A stretch of DNA of 64,000 nucleotides from an uncultured virus (IMG/VR IMGVR_UViG_2576861110_000002) (IMGVR_UViG_2576861110_000002:1-64000); one strand, 5' to 3'; counted from the stretch's first letter, positions 38,753 through 48,462 are shown. The notes: a model not told the origin generated them from the sequence alone. Program-made: numbers and translations.

Positions 38753-39031
38753 ATGAGAAATGATTATCGAAATGCTATTAGAGACTTAATTCACCGTAAT
38801 CTTCAACAAAATAATATTCAGAATCTGATTGTTTGGGAAATCAAAGACGATGAATCTCAAGATCCATCACTGTTGAGTTTGAAATTATATGGTTCAAGAA
38901 ACCATATTGATGCAGTACTTGTGGCGTGTGGTGTGAACGGCGTTTGGGAAAAGTTACCTCTTCATAAGGTGGCTTTTCCAAGGCTTGTTGATCTTTTAAG
39001 ACTTCAAAAAGAATACTGGGAGGATAATTAA
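38753..39031 (+). CDS. Tail X/LysM-like baseplate protein
   Basis: IKDDESQDPSLLSLKLYGSR...VLVACG. Confidence 0.55.
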   Translation: MRNDYRNAIRDLIHRNLQQNNIQNLIVWEIKDDESQDPSLLSLKLYGSRNHIDAVLVACGVNGVWEKLPLHKVAFPRLVDLLRLQKEYWEDN

Positions 39032-39032
39032 A

Positions 39033-40163
39033 ATGTCAGCATTCAAGCCAGATGATTTACGCCGTGCCCAGCTGCAATTAAACCAGTCTTTGCAAAATGG
39101 TGGAGTTCGTAGAGATCAACAGAGCCGCCAGCGTGCAGATAGAGAACAGCGGGCATTTGCAGAAAAAGAAATTGAATATGATGATTGGGGACGAAAGATC
39201 CCTAAACCTATGTTCTTGCGACCACAAGATATTGCCCAAGGGGAAAAATATGATGTCGAAAGGGTACTTTTTACAACATTAGGTCAGCGAAATGGAGAAG
39301 TACCACGGCGTATTACCCGTGATGATATCTTGGCATTTCAGGAAAACATTCAACTATTAAAAGATCAGTATAGTAAGGGTATTACCCCTCAAAACATCAT
39401 TAATTTAAGCCGACAAGACGATATTGACCGGGCAAATGAGCAAATCTATTTGGCGGTTCCAGTAAGCAGAAAAGCTGGTTTAGTTCACTTGCTTACTAAT
39501 GCCGGACCAAATAGTAAAGTTTTAAATCATCACGTTGAGATTGAGTTTTCTAACTTTAAATCTGTTGTTTTTGATATCGATAAACAGGCATTAAACACCG
39601 TCAAAAACCGCTTGGCTAAAGGCAAAATCAAATTTCAGTGTGATTGCGAACGTCATACGTTCTGGTACCGCTATATGGCAACTATTGGCGGTTACAATTT
39701 AGGACGTGATGAGGGCGGCTTTCCAAAGATACGTAACCCGCATTTATCAGGTGTGGCTTGTAAGCATGTATTGCGCGTTGTTAAGTGGATTAGTTCACCA
39801 TCTGGGATTGCCTACCTTAAAAAGGAAGTAGAGAAAGACCGTAAAAAACAAGTAGGTGCACGGTATAAGCAAACAGATAAGCAAATACAGAATTCAATTA
39901 ACGAGCAAGTAAAGGATTTGATGAATGGTTCTGTTAAGCCAATCAAAGCCAATATCCAAAAAGCAGAAAAAGAAATGATGCGTAGAGCTGATAAAGTTGC
40001 CAAAAAGCTCTTAGAACGCGAATTAAAAACCCTCAAACGTTTTGAAGTGGAAACTGTTAGAGCGAGTCAAATTGAAAGAATTCAAGCCTTACATAAATCA
40101 GGCGCAATCGACAATGACATGTTAAATGTCTTTATGAAAGGTTTAAGTCGAAATGCTAAATAG
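39033..40163 (+). CDS. P1-like tail-associated protein with SWIM-like Zn motif
   Basis: CDCERHTFWYRY...FPKIRNP...ACKHV. Confidence 0.55.
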   Translation: MSAFKPDDLRRAQLQLNQSLQNGGVRRDQQSRQRADREQRAFAEKEIEYDDWGRKIPKPMFLRPQDIAQGEKYDVERVLFTTLGQRNGEVPRRITRDDILAFQENIQLLKDQYSKGITPQNIINLSRQDDIDRANEQIYLAVPVSRKAGLVHLLTNAGPNSKVLNHHVEIEFSNFKSVVFDIDKQALNTVKNRLAKGKIKFQCDCERHTFWYRYMATIGGYNLGRDEGGFPKIRNPHLSGVACKHVLRVVKWISSPSGIAYLKKEVEKDRKKQVGARYKQTDKQIQNSINEQVKDLMNGSVKPIKANIQKAEKEMMRRADKVAKKLLERELKTLKRFEVETVRASQIERIQALHKSGAIDNDMLNVFMKGLSRNAK

Positions 40164-40701
40164 ATCAGTAAATCAAGTTGCAAATGGACGCCGTTTAGCA
40201 GCTAGACGCGTTGTTATGAATGCTCTAGCAAGTATTCCAGCGCAAATTTGGCGAAAAGAAGTAATTTTCAATAATCCGGCTGAAGATTCAAAACCTTTAG
40301 ATCCTCTTTCTTTTGAAGCGAACACTTTATCGATCCAAGACGAACCCAACTACAATTATGAATATAAGGGCGCTGCTTATGTTCATTTCGATAAATTTAA
40401 TGGTGGTTATATTCAAAAGAACTTCTCAATGAATAACCCCTCAGATTTGGTATTAACTGCTCAAGTAGAGCCATTTAATGATGAGTTGGAAGATGTAATG
40501 GAAAGGATAATCAACATCCCCGACTTGATTCTTAAAGAAGGGGACCTTTTAGGATTAATGATTTATGAAAATTTAATGTTGTGGTTTGAGATTGTGAATA
40601 TTACTGGTTTTAGCCTCATGGCAGATTTTGGCAGTAAGTATGTTTTAAACCGTAGAGATGATTTGTTTATTTCACCTATAGGTGATGGAGAAACTAAATG
40701 A
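40153..40701 (+). CDS. Putative morphogenesis protein
   Basis: Coupled ORF in the structural operon. Confidence 0.55.
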   Translation: MLNRSVNQVANGRRLAARRVVMNALASIPAQIWRKEVIFNNPAEDSKPLDPLSFEANTLSIQDEPNYNYEYKGAAYVHFDKFNGGYIQKNFSMNNPSDLVLTAQVEPFNDELEDVMERIINIPDLILKEGDLLGLMIYENLMLWFEIVNITGFSLMADFGSKYVLNRRDDLFISPIGDGETK

Positions 40702-41000
40702 GCTATTTAATATTCAATGAAAAAGGTAAAAAGACAGGTGACATTGAAATAGCTGAACAATGTACTTCTGCAATTTTCAATTACCAGGTAATCGGGAACG
40801 GGGCAGAAGTAGAGTTTTTCGGAAGCAATATTCCATATGCAGATCCGCAAAACGATTCTCACTGGGTGTCTATTCTTACATTAACAGCTGCTGCGCCAGA
40901 TACTGAACCGTTTAGACAGCATTGCTGGGATAAGCTCCGTTATAAAGTAAAAGCAGGTGATAATGTAGAGATTTATGTTTCTAGTGGAGTAAGTGGATAG
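40698..41000 (+). CDS. Hypothetical protein
   Basis: SD GGAG, coupled start/stop. Confidence 0.6.
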   Translation: MSYLIFNEKGKKTGDIEIAEQCTSAIFNYQVIGNGAEVEFFGSNIPYADPQNDSHWVSILTLTAAAPDTEPFRQHCWDKLRYKVKAGDNVEIYVSSGVSG

Positions 41001-41154
41001 CTATATAAATAAAGGGCTGAGATGGTCCTTTAGCTACATTTTCTTTGTCCTCAATTTTGGGGACTTTTTTATGTTTGGAACCGACCAGCTTTAGTAAAAA
41101 TAGGCCATGTCAGACTTTCTGCATCTTACATAGAAAGCCAAAGGCTGGTTTAAA

Positions 41155-42933
41155 ATGACTGTGTTATCAGAAGAAATTCGTAAAAAGTATGAGGCTCAAC
41201 AAATTGCTACAGCTCAGTGCCGAAATTACTATTTCAAAAGTCCTGATGAGCTTGAAAATGGGTTTGACAGTGCACAAACAGCGGCAGAAGAGTACCCAGA
41301 AGTATTAAAAGCAATTTTTGATTCAATTGGCATCGAATATGCGCCAGAAGTTGATAAAGCTGTGATGTTTGGGGTATCACAATATCAAGCACGCCATGGG
41401 GGTGAATTACCGCATCCTTCAATCATTGCAGCTGCGTTAACTGCTGGTTTAAGTGGTGCTAAACAAGCTGGTTCTTTGCCAACTGATACTATTAGCTATT
41501 ATGACAGTATTAATGAATCTGGATTTGATGATGTAAATCATCAGCATCATGAATCTGTAAGTATCGTCCCAGCGATTACTGTAGCAACCATTGCAAACGT
41601 TATCGCTTATGCAACGCCAATTGTCGCAATGATTCCAAATTCTAATGGATCAAATGAAGTTCCGTTAGTATCTATTCGTTTTGTCACCAATCGTGATTTT
41701 GGTGCAATGAAGAAATCAGAATACTTAGACGGTGCAAATGCCTCAAAGCCATATGTAGAGGGCCGTTTACGTTTTGCATTGTCAAATGGTGGTGCAGGTA
41801 CAACTTACTCAGTAGTAGCACGAACCGGTTATGAAGATTTCAAGGCTAAAACCCCTGATGTAAATGCTAAGTTGCTTCCATTCATTGCTGGTAATGTATC
41901 AATCAAAATCAACGGTAAAGAAGTCGCGCATACTCGAAACCGTAGTAAATCAAAATTTTCTGGCAAGATTTCCGCTATCGCTGAAAAAAACGTATTTGTA
42001 AACGGCGTAGAGTATCGTGTTGTTGGTAGTGAAATTGACCTTAATGCTAGCAAAATTAGCGTGACTTTAAATGAAGCTTTACCTGCTGGTGCTAAAGTTG
42101 AAGTTCATCTTGTCGCTGATTTTGATGCGCGTGATGGTAATGGTAACTTCTTAATGACGCCTGTTGGTGTTGATTTTGAACCTGAATATGAAAATTTGGT
42201 GGCTTCACCAATTATGGCACAGGTTACAGCGGCCACCTTATTGCAGACTCAGTTGAATAATGAACTCAAACTCGGCTTCTTAGGTCAAGCTTTAGCAATT
42301 ATTCAAGGTAAAGTTTTCTTGGAGCAAACGGTCCGTCTTTTAGGTGAAGCAAAAGATTTAGCTGAATACTCAGGCCACGAAATTACTTTTGATGCTTCTC
42401 GTGGTGTAACTGGTAAATTGGCAGCTGCGTTTAATACCACTGGTGATCTGTTTGGCGAAGTAATGAAGTTCATTTCGGCTGCAAAAATGGATATTAATCA
42501 GCGTACTGGTGGTTCTACTGTTGCATACGATTTGTATGTTGGGGATAGTGGTGCAGTATTCTTTAACCAACTTTCTAGCGATAAGATGCCGACAAAAACT
42601 GGGTACTCTGCTGGTTATGGTCAAATTGTCCGTATTGGTACTCTTGCAGATGGTACAAACGTTTACCACGCACCGACAGCACAAGAGCTTGTAGCTGAAG
42701 CAGATACAGCGTTTGATCTGCTTTTAGTTGGTCGTGGTAATGAGCCAATTCGTGCGCCGTTCGTTGGCTTTATTCAAACGCCTCTTTCAGTTATTGAAAC
42801 TCGACCAGATGCGCGTGAATCAGTACTTACTTTAATCGGTGCTCAAGCAGCCGAAATGAACCCGTTAGAACGTTATGCTGATCAAAGCTATGTCATCCAC
42901 TGTATCAATATGCCATCTCTTAAAAAATCGTAA
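41155..42933 (+). CDS. Major capsid protein (P1 gp23-like)
   Basis: 592 aa, own late element, high-expression codon usage, N-terminal propeptide-like region, terminator after (42945-42970). Confidence 0.7.
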   Translation: MTVLSEEIRKKYEAQQIATAQCRNYYFKSPDELENGFDSAQTAAEEYPEVLKAIFDSIGIEYAPEVDKAVMFGVSQYQARHGGELPHPSIIAAALTAGLSGAKQAGSLPTDTISYYDSINESGFDDVNHQHHESVSIVPAITVATIANVIAYATPIVAMIPNSNGSNEVPLVSIRFVTNRDFGAMKKSEYLDGANASKPYVEGRLRFALSNGGAGTTYSVVARTGYEDFKAKTPDVNAKLLPFIAGNVSIKINGKEVAHTRNRSKSKFSGKISAIAEKNVFVNGVEYRVVGSEIDLNASKISVTLNEALPAGAKVEVHLVADFDARDGNGNFLMTPVGVDFEPEYENLVASPIMAQVTAATLLQTQLNNELKLGFLGQALAIIQGKVFLEQTVRLLGEAKDLAEYSGHEITFDASRGVTGKLAAAFNTTGDLFGEVMKFISAAKMDINQRTGGSTVAYDLYVGDSGAVFFNQLSSDKMPTKTGYSAGYGQIVRIGTLADGTNVYHAPTAQELVAEADTAFDLLLVGRGNEPIRAPFVGFIQTPLSVIETRPDARESVLTLIGAQAAEMNPLERYADQSYVIHCINMPSLKKS

Positions 42934-42996
42934 GTAATACAAAATAAGGCGCATTTCGATGCGCCTTTTTACCCTATTTATTGAAAGGAAAATCTC

Positions 42997-43623
42997 ATGG
43001 CTGCTGCAACACAAAACACTGACGAAACTTTAGCTTCAACTGACGAACAAGCGACTACTAAACAAAAAAACACACGTAATAAAACCAATAAAACTACAGA
43101 AACACAGAATACCCAAGCTGGTGATGAAAAAGCTTCAGACCAAGGTGATTTGTTAAATAGCCAAGGTCCTGAAGACGGCGCATCTCAAGATGAAGGTAAT
43201 AAACCTACTGATTTGAAAAATGGCGATTCAGATAATGAAGAGTCCAATACTCAAGAAAATGGAAATCCAACTGAAACATCGAATGATTCTGTCAAACCTT
43301 CAAATGATCTAGATTCAAATGGTGGTAAGTCTGGTGATGATGTGGGGACGGAATCGGATCATGTCCTTAAAGAAACTGATACTTCTAAAGTTAATACTCC
43401 CATTACGGATTTGTTAACAGTATCAGGTGGGAGTAGCGTGGATCCGCTAGTTATTAAAGTTACTAATAACGGATTTTCAACAGTTTTAGAACCGTTATCA
43501 CGTGTTGCTATTGAGGCAGGTAAAACAGCAAGTATTACGTGTCATAACCAAACATTTAAACATCAAGTACTGGAAAACTTACGTCAGTTGAAGGGGCTTG
43601 GTAAGAATCTAACTGTTGAGTAA
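42997..43623 (+). CDS. Structural protein with acidic disordered N-terminus
   Basis: C-terminal domain (NNG..EP..AG..LENL.Q.KGL) is paralogous to the next ORF. Confidence 0.6.
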   Translation: MAAATQNTDETLASTDEQATTKQKNTRNKTNKTTETQNTQAGDEKASDQGDLLNSQGPEDGASQDEGNKPTDLKNGDSDNEESNTQENGNPTETSNDSVKPSNDLDSNGGKSGDDVGTESDHVLKETDTSKVNTPITDLLTVSGGSSVDPLVIKVTNNGFSTVLEPLSRVAIEAGKTASITCHNQTFKHQVLENLRQLKGLGKNLTVE

Positions 43624-43627
43624 CAAG

Positions 43628-43915
43628 ATGACTATTTTCATTATTGATGGCACGAACCCAATTATGGATGCTGTTGGTGATCATCCTACTGAACGAAGTA
43701 TTACACTTCAAAATAACGGTTTAAGTGACATTACCGAACCATTTACGCAAGTTTTGGTACAAGCTGGTCAAAAGGTCACATTCACTTTGATCGGTGACGA
43801 AGCTCATAAACAATTGCTAGATAACCTAGATCAAATTAATGGCTTGAAAGGTAATGTACTTCAAATTGTACCTACTGAGGCAGAAGAGCCTACAGAACCT
43901 GCTAGCGGATTATAA
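43628..43915 (+). CDS. Small structural protein, paralog of the upstream C-terminal domain
   Basis: ITLQNNG..EP..AG..LDNLDQINGL. Confidence 0.6.
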   Translation: MTIFIIDGTNPIMDAVGDHPTERSITLQNNGLSDITEPFTQVLVQAGQKVTFTLIGDEAHKQLLDNLDQINGLKGNVLQIVPTEAEEPTEPASGL

Positions 43916-44033
43916 AATTTAGGAAATGAAAAACCACTTTCGAGTGGTTTTTTTTACATTGGAACTAGCCAGAAAATCAAAAAAGCCAACGGCTCAAAAT
44001 ACTTAAAACAAATAGCCTTGGGCGTGTAATGTA

Positions 44034-45329
44034 ATGAATATACTTGCTCTATCAAGTACAGGTGAGCTATCCCTTGTAGCAGGGGCCAGCCCATCACTAA
44101 AACTGGAATTTGATACTCACAGTTATCTTGCAAATACAGAAATCAATGTGGCCTTTTTTGCGAAAGTAACTAGCCCACGCGGTCCTGCAGATATTTCTAT
44201 GCGTTTGGAAATCCGTGATGCGGTAACAGGTGATCAAATTGTTACTGTTCAGGGATTAGTAGATGGAGACATTGAAAATTCTGCTTCTATTGTCGCTGTA
44301 GCTGATGCGAAAGAATATTTTGAGCGTTTTGATTTATCGTTAGGTATTGATGCGTTACAAGCAATACTCAAATCAAATGCTTATAACGAATCAAATAGCT
44401 TAGGTCGTGCTTCAAAAACATTGGCATTGGAAGATGAATCGTTACCATCATTTAATCCAGATGAACTATATAAGATTCTGACGAGTCAATTAAGTACACC
44501 AGCATATCTGACTTTACCAAATCCTCATGATTTACCAATTTATGTTGCGGCACAACGTGCAGCTACAAAGTTACGTATTCCTTTGGATGCTGAAATCAAC
44601 CCAACTTTTACAGCTGAGCAAGCAGCTCAATTTGCGACAAGTGTAGATGCACAATCACAGTTTGTTCAATTCATTTGGAGTCCGAACCTATGCCGTCCAT
44701 CTGGTGCTGTCACACTAAGAGGGCGTAAGGTCCCAGCTTATTATTTGGGCCATTACATCGGCGATAAATTATTACGTAACGCAAAGTTAAATAAACAAGG
44801 CTTTGCGCCGTTAAAAAATGCAGTAGCTTGGAAAGATTATCCATTTACAGCAAAAAACTTAAGCCAGATGCCGAATATTGATCTTGAAGATGAACAGACT
44901 CAAGAAATGTTGGCAAAGGCTAAAGTAAATGTAGTTCGCCCAGTTAAGTTTGAAACTACATTATTCGTTTTAAGTGATGTATTAACCCAGTATCAAAGTA
45001 AAAATAGTGCATTGCGTTTAGTTCCTGCAGCTGAGATTGCGGCACGAGTTACGAATAAATGTATCGAAATCCTTAGAACTTACATGTTCCAAGCTACACC
45101 GGACTATATCAAAAAAGCTGGTGATGAAATTCAAGAGTTTTTAGAGGGTGCTTCTAGTGAAACAACCGGTTGGTTACAACCGGCTGAAGATCTAGGTGGT
45201 AAACCTTTTGAGTTCAGTTTAATACCTGACAAAGACTATCCATATGAGCGTGTACGACTCTATTTAGCCCATGGAGTTGTTGGTACAACTCGTGCCGCAA
45301 TTTTTGATGACGACGTTTTAGTTAAATAA
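44034..45329 (+). CDS. Tail sheath protein
   Basis: Sheath-like C-terminus (EMLAKAKVNVV, SDVLT...SALR, GWLQP, ERVRLYL...GTTRA). Confidence 0.65.
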   Translation: MNILALSSTGELSLVAGASPSLKLEFDTHSYLANTEINVAFFAKVTSPRGPADISMRLEIRDAVTGDQIVTVQGLVDGDIENSASIVAVADAKEYFERFDLSLGIDALQAILKSNAYNESNSLGRASKTLALEDESLPSFNPDELYKILTSQLSTPAYLTLPNPHDLPIYVAAQRAATKLRIPLDAEINPTFTAEQAAQFATSVDAQSQFVQFIWSPNLCRPSGAVTLRGRKVPAYYLGHYIGDKLLRNAKLNKQGFAPLKNAVAWKDYPFTAKNLSQMPNIDLEDEQTQEMLAKAKVNVVRPVKFETTLFVLSDVLTQYQSKNSALRLVPAAEIAARVTNKCIEILRTYMFQATPDYIKKAGDEIQEFLEGASSETTGWLQPAEDLGGKPFEFSLIPDKDYPYERVRLYLAHGVVGTTRAAIFDDDVLVK

Positions 45330-45347
45330 TTTTAAGGATCTATCAAG

Positions 45348-46115
45348 ATGAATCCATTTGGCCCAACTACAGAAAAACCTTTAGCTTTACGTGCTTTTGA
45401 TTCAGCAGCGGAGAATATTTCTACCGTTGTAAGTAAGGTTTCAAGTACTGATCGAGAACAGCAATCTGTGATTGAACAAGTACGACAAATTGCTCTGAAC
45501 ATTCTATCTGATACGGTAGATACAATCAGTGAAGGTAAGCTTGAAGAAGGTGAACTGGGCGTTGATCATTTAGACGCATTAATTGTCGATGCATTAGATG
45601 GTGCAGATGATGAAGACGGTATCTATGAAAACGCTTTGATGGCGTCTCTTTCCGATGCTTTCTTAACATTTGGCGTTGACGCTACTGATATTGAAGAGAT
45701 CTTTAGTGATGATACAGAAGTTGCTGATGCGGCGTTAGAAGCAGCAGCCAATACAGTTCTTGCTAATATGCCAGACGAAGGCCCTGAACTTGAAGAACTG
45801 GTTCGTGAGTTTATTTTCGGTGAAGCAGATGAAACTGAAGAAGGTTTCGATTCAATGGCTAAAAAAATTAAAGCTCGAAATGGAGCATTTAGCCAACGGA
45901 AAGTAAATGGGCGAAAAATTCACTACCGTGGTGTGCTGGCTATTCGTCAAGGTGTCAAAACCGTTGTGAATAAACGATTACCTGGTCAAAAGGTCCGTTT
46001 AACTGCAGCACAAAAAGCTGGTATGAAAAAAGCTCGACTTCATGCTTTTACTGCAAATGCAATCAACAAGCGTTTACGTTCATTCAAAAAAGGTAAACGC
46101 TTAGGTATTTACTAA
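45348..46115 (+). CDS. Acidic/basic virion protein
   Basis: Very acidic core and very basic C-terminus separated by GFDS. Confidence 0.6.
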   Translation: MNPFGPTTEKPLALRAFDSAAENISTVVSKVSSTDREQQSVIEQVRQIALNILSDTVDTISEGKLEEGELGVDHLDALIVDALDGADDEDGIYENALMASLSDAFLTFGVDATDIEEIFSDDTEVADAALEAAANTVLANMPDEGPELEELVREFIFGEADETEEGFDSMAKKIKARNGAFSQRKVNGRKIHYRGVLAIRQGVKTVVNKRLPGQKVRLTAAQKAGMKKARLHAFTANAINKRLRSFKKGKRLGIY

Positions 46116-46176
46116 TTACTCATAGGTAAGGTCATTTTTGGCTTTACCTATAATCCATTTAATTAAGGAAATACTC

Positions 46177-46455
46177 ATGAATACAACTCAAATCATAGGT
46201 GAAGCGCCTGGTATTCAATATCAGAAAAAAACTGATAAAACAGAAATAAAGACCAATCAATCATTAACTGACACAATTATTATTGGTCGTTTTATGCGTG
46301 GGCGTTTTGATGCACCGATGACAATACATAAGGGTAATATCCGTGGTGAACTTGGTTATGAACCAAATAATCCTGATTATCGTTGTGTCCAAGATGCGCT
46401 AGATCGGGGTGTACCTTCATTACAGGTTCTGCGAGTACCACCAAATATTGGATAA
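46177..46455 (+). CDS. Small protein resembling a tail-sheath N-terminal domain
   Basis: GEAPGIQY...IIGRFMRG...LQVLRV; SD TAAGGA before ATG 46177. Confidence 0.5.
   Translation: MNTTQIIGEAPGIQYQKKTDKTEIKTNQSLTDTIIIGRFMRGRFDAPMTIHKGNIRGELGYEPNNPDYRCVQDALDRGVPSLQVLRVPPNIG
46403..46455 (+). repeat. 53-bp direct repeat, copy 1
   Basis: 52/53 identical to 48230-48282. Confidence 0.92.
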
Positions 46456-46540
46456 GTTCTAAAAAGAAAGCCAGCTGTATAGCTGGCTTTAATATAAGGG
46501 GAGTTCCAGTAGGAACGTCTTAATTTAATGATATGCCCTT

Positions 46541-47437
46541 TCAGTTCACAGGTTCAAAAGGAAAGCGTTTTAATACTTTGCCAAGCTCAAGTACTTCATC
46601 CTTATGAAGAAACTCCCATAGCCCATTAAACTTTTCGCGTAGTTGCACGACATTAATGGGCGTGTGGTGTAGAGAATATTGCTGTACTGAAAGAGCGCCG
46701 TTTTCCTGAATCGAAATCCAGAAGTTTTTCGGACCTTTGGGAGATTGATACTTTAGCTTCTCACCTACATGCTGTGCTATTTCATAAGCTAGCGGATTTT
46801 CTAATGCTGGATACCGTGCAGCGAGATTATCTACAAATTTTTCTAAACGTTTAAGTGTATCTGTTTCGGTTGGGCCTAGCTCATGAAGTGGTATTGTCTC
46901 AAGATACTGCTTCGCATCATCAAAATGGATTGAAAGCAATTGGCTATATTTAGCAATTCCAAAGTGGCGATTATGACGTATCCACATAGAGGCTCTTAAA
47001 CTTCGATCTTTTCCTGCACGACGATCGACGATTGCATGTAAAGCATGCTGTTGTTCAGGTGAGATAGCTTTTCTATGATTGATTACTTGGCCTTTTGTCC
47101 AGTAATTCCATAAGACATCATCACATTCGTTTTGGTACATGATGACAGTGTCACGAAGTTCAGGTTTTACTTTGTTAGGACTGATGGTGGTGAGCCAAGC
47201 AAGAAGTTTTCTTAGTGGTAGACAAACCATTTCCTGTAAGTCGCCAAGAGTAGGTATAACGATTTTCGTTATACCCCATCGTTGAGGATTGGCATTCAGT
47301 TTTGCTAATTGAGACTGCCAAGCTAACCCCATACCCTCAACAATAGGCTTCATGGGTGTATATGGCTGACCATCATGTTCCACCAAGTACAACTCAGCAT
47401 TGTGGAAAGGTACGGTGATTTGAGTTAAAGTAGTCAT
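46541..47437 (-). CDS. ant: Phage antirepressor (P22 Ant N-terminal domain)
   Basis: VPFHNAELYLVEHDGQPYTPMKPIVEGMGLAWQSQ...CDDVLWNYW. Confidence 0.88.
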   Translation of the reverse strand: MTTLTQITVPFHNAELYLVEHDGQPYTPMKPIVEGMGLAWQSQLAKLNANPQRWGITKIVIPTLGDLQEMVCLPLRKLLAWLTTISPNKVKPELRDTVIMYQNECDDVLWNYWTKGQVINHRKAISPEQQHALHAIVDRRAGKDRSLRASMWIRHNRHFGIAKYSQLLSIHFDDAKQYLETIPLHELGPTETDTLKRLEKFVDNLAARYPALENPLAYEIAQHVGEKLKYQSPKGPKNFWISIQENGALSVQQYSLHHTPINVVQLREKFNGLWEFLHKDEVLELGKVLKRFPFEPVN

Positions 47438-47555
47438 GTCTAATTTCCTCTTAGAGATTGGATATAACCCCTTGTTTACTTTGATCGGTACAAGGGGTTC
47501 TTTTTATCAAGACCATATCCTGTCCTGATGAGTTAAATATAACAACTATTAAATA

Positions 47556-47635
47556 TAATAGCAATTGCGAGTATTAATAAAATTATATTTAATAGCAATT
47601 GCGAGTATTAATAAAATTATATTTAATAGCAATTG
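47556..47635. repeat. 34-bp tandem repeat (2.35 copies) in the ant/HTH divergent promoter region
   Basis: TAATAGCAATTGCGAGTATTAATAAAATTATATT at 47556 and 47590, partial at 47624. Confidence 0.92.
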
Positions 47636-47674
47636 TTCTTGTGATACACTGAACTAAATATTTTTTGGTATATC

Positions 47675-47929
47675 GTGATGGTTGAAAAAAACAATGTCGC
47701 AACTTTGCGAGAGCAAGCTGGTATGACAGTTTATCAATTAGCTAAACAATGCGGATTTATATCAAATAATCATGTGCTTAATAGGTATATAAAAGATGCA
47801 GAAGCAGGAAAACACATCAGTGTTTATCGTGCCTTACTCATTTACACCGAACTAAAAAAAGCTGGTGTATGCGAGAAGTTTGAAGATGTCTTTTGGCTTG
47901 AATGTGATGATAAAGATATCGAAAACTAA
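47675..47929 (+). CDS. Small XRE/Cro-like HTH regulator divergent from ant
   Basis: VATLREQAGMTVYQLAK...FEDVFWL. Confidence 0.75.
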   Translation: MMVEKNNVATLREQAGMTVYQLAKQCGFISNNHVLNRYIKDAEAGKHISVYRALLIYTELKKAGVCEKFEDVFWLECDDKDIEN

Positions 47930-48018
47930 AATATTTTTCTTGTGGAGTTGGAACTAACTAACTTCTAAGCTTTCCTCATTGTAAATAATGGCTTTATTCA
48001 ATGAATAGGGTCATTATT

Positions 48019-48150
48019 ATGTCCAAAGCTTTAGCTTATGCACCGGCAGTAAATACAGCTAGAACAAAGTTGCCCAGTACTGAATCAGATCCTTTCTATT
48101 TTAGGCACATTACAAGAAAATCAGTTATTATGAAAATCATAACAACTTGA
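48019..48150 (+). pseudogene. 43-aa ORF behind a late element; probable truncated late-gene 5' end
   Basis: GGAAC element and hairpin upstream; MSKALAYAPAVNTARTKLPSTESDPFY then runs into AT-rich sequence. Confidence 0.4.
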
Positions 48151-48230
48151 TTAACTATTTGTTTTAACTTAACAAACTGAGAAGCCCAATCTAAGCCAAT
48201 GCCATCAACGATATGCTTCATGGGCGTGTA
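48150..48230 (-). pseudogene. Fragment of a second P22-Ant-N antirepressor
   Basis: Minus strand reads YTPMKHIVDGIGLDWASQFVKLKQNS*, homologous to YTPMKPIVEGMGLAWQSQLAKL in ant. Confidence 0.8.
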
Positions 48231-48282
48231 TCGGGGTGTACCTTCAGTACAGGTTCTGCGAGTACCACCAAATATTGGATAA
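48230..48282 (+). repeat. 53-bp direct repeat, copy 2
   Basis: Duplicate of the 3' end of the 46177-46455 gene. Confidence 0.92.
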
Positions 48283-48462
48283 AAAGCTGATTTAAAAAGC
48301 TACCTTTTAGGGTGGCTTTTTTATTAAGACCTATTAAGTGGTTGTTAAACAGGTCTTGAAACAGATCTTCAAATTGTTTATATTGAGTTAACCCTGTAGC
48401 AAACTTAACTTTCTGAGGACGGTTCTAATCAATTGGCTACAAATTGATGTAGGACACATCAA

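Noticed and set aside
46501..46520. Two GGAAC matches (46507-46503 minus, 46512 plus) as late elements
   Set aside because: No NANNNT hexamer at +29 and no co-oriented start codon ~70 nt downstream
47556..47635. CRISPR-like or Racr repeat array
   Set aside because: Contiguous tandem duplication with no spacers and no cas genes
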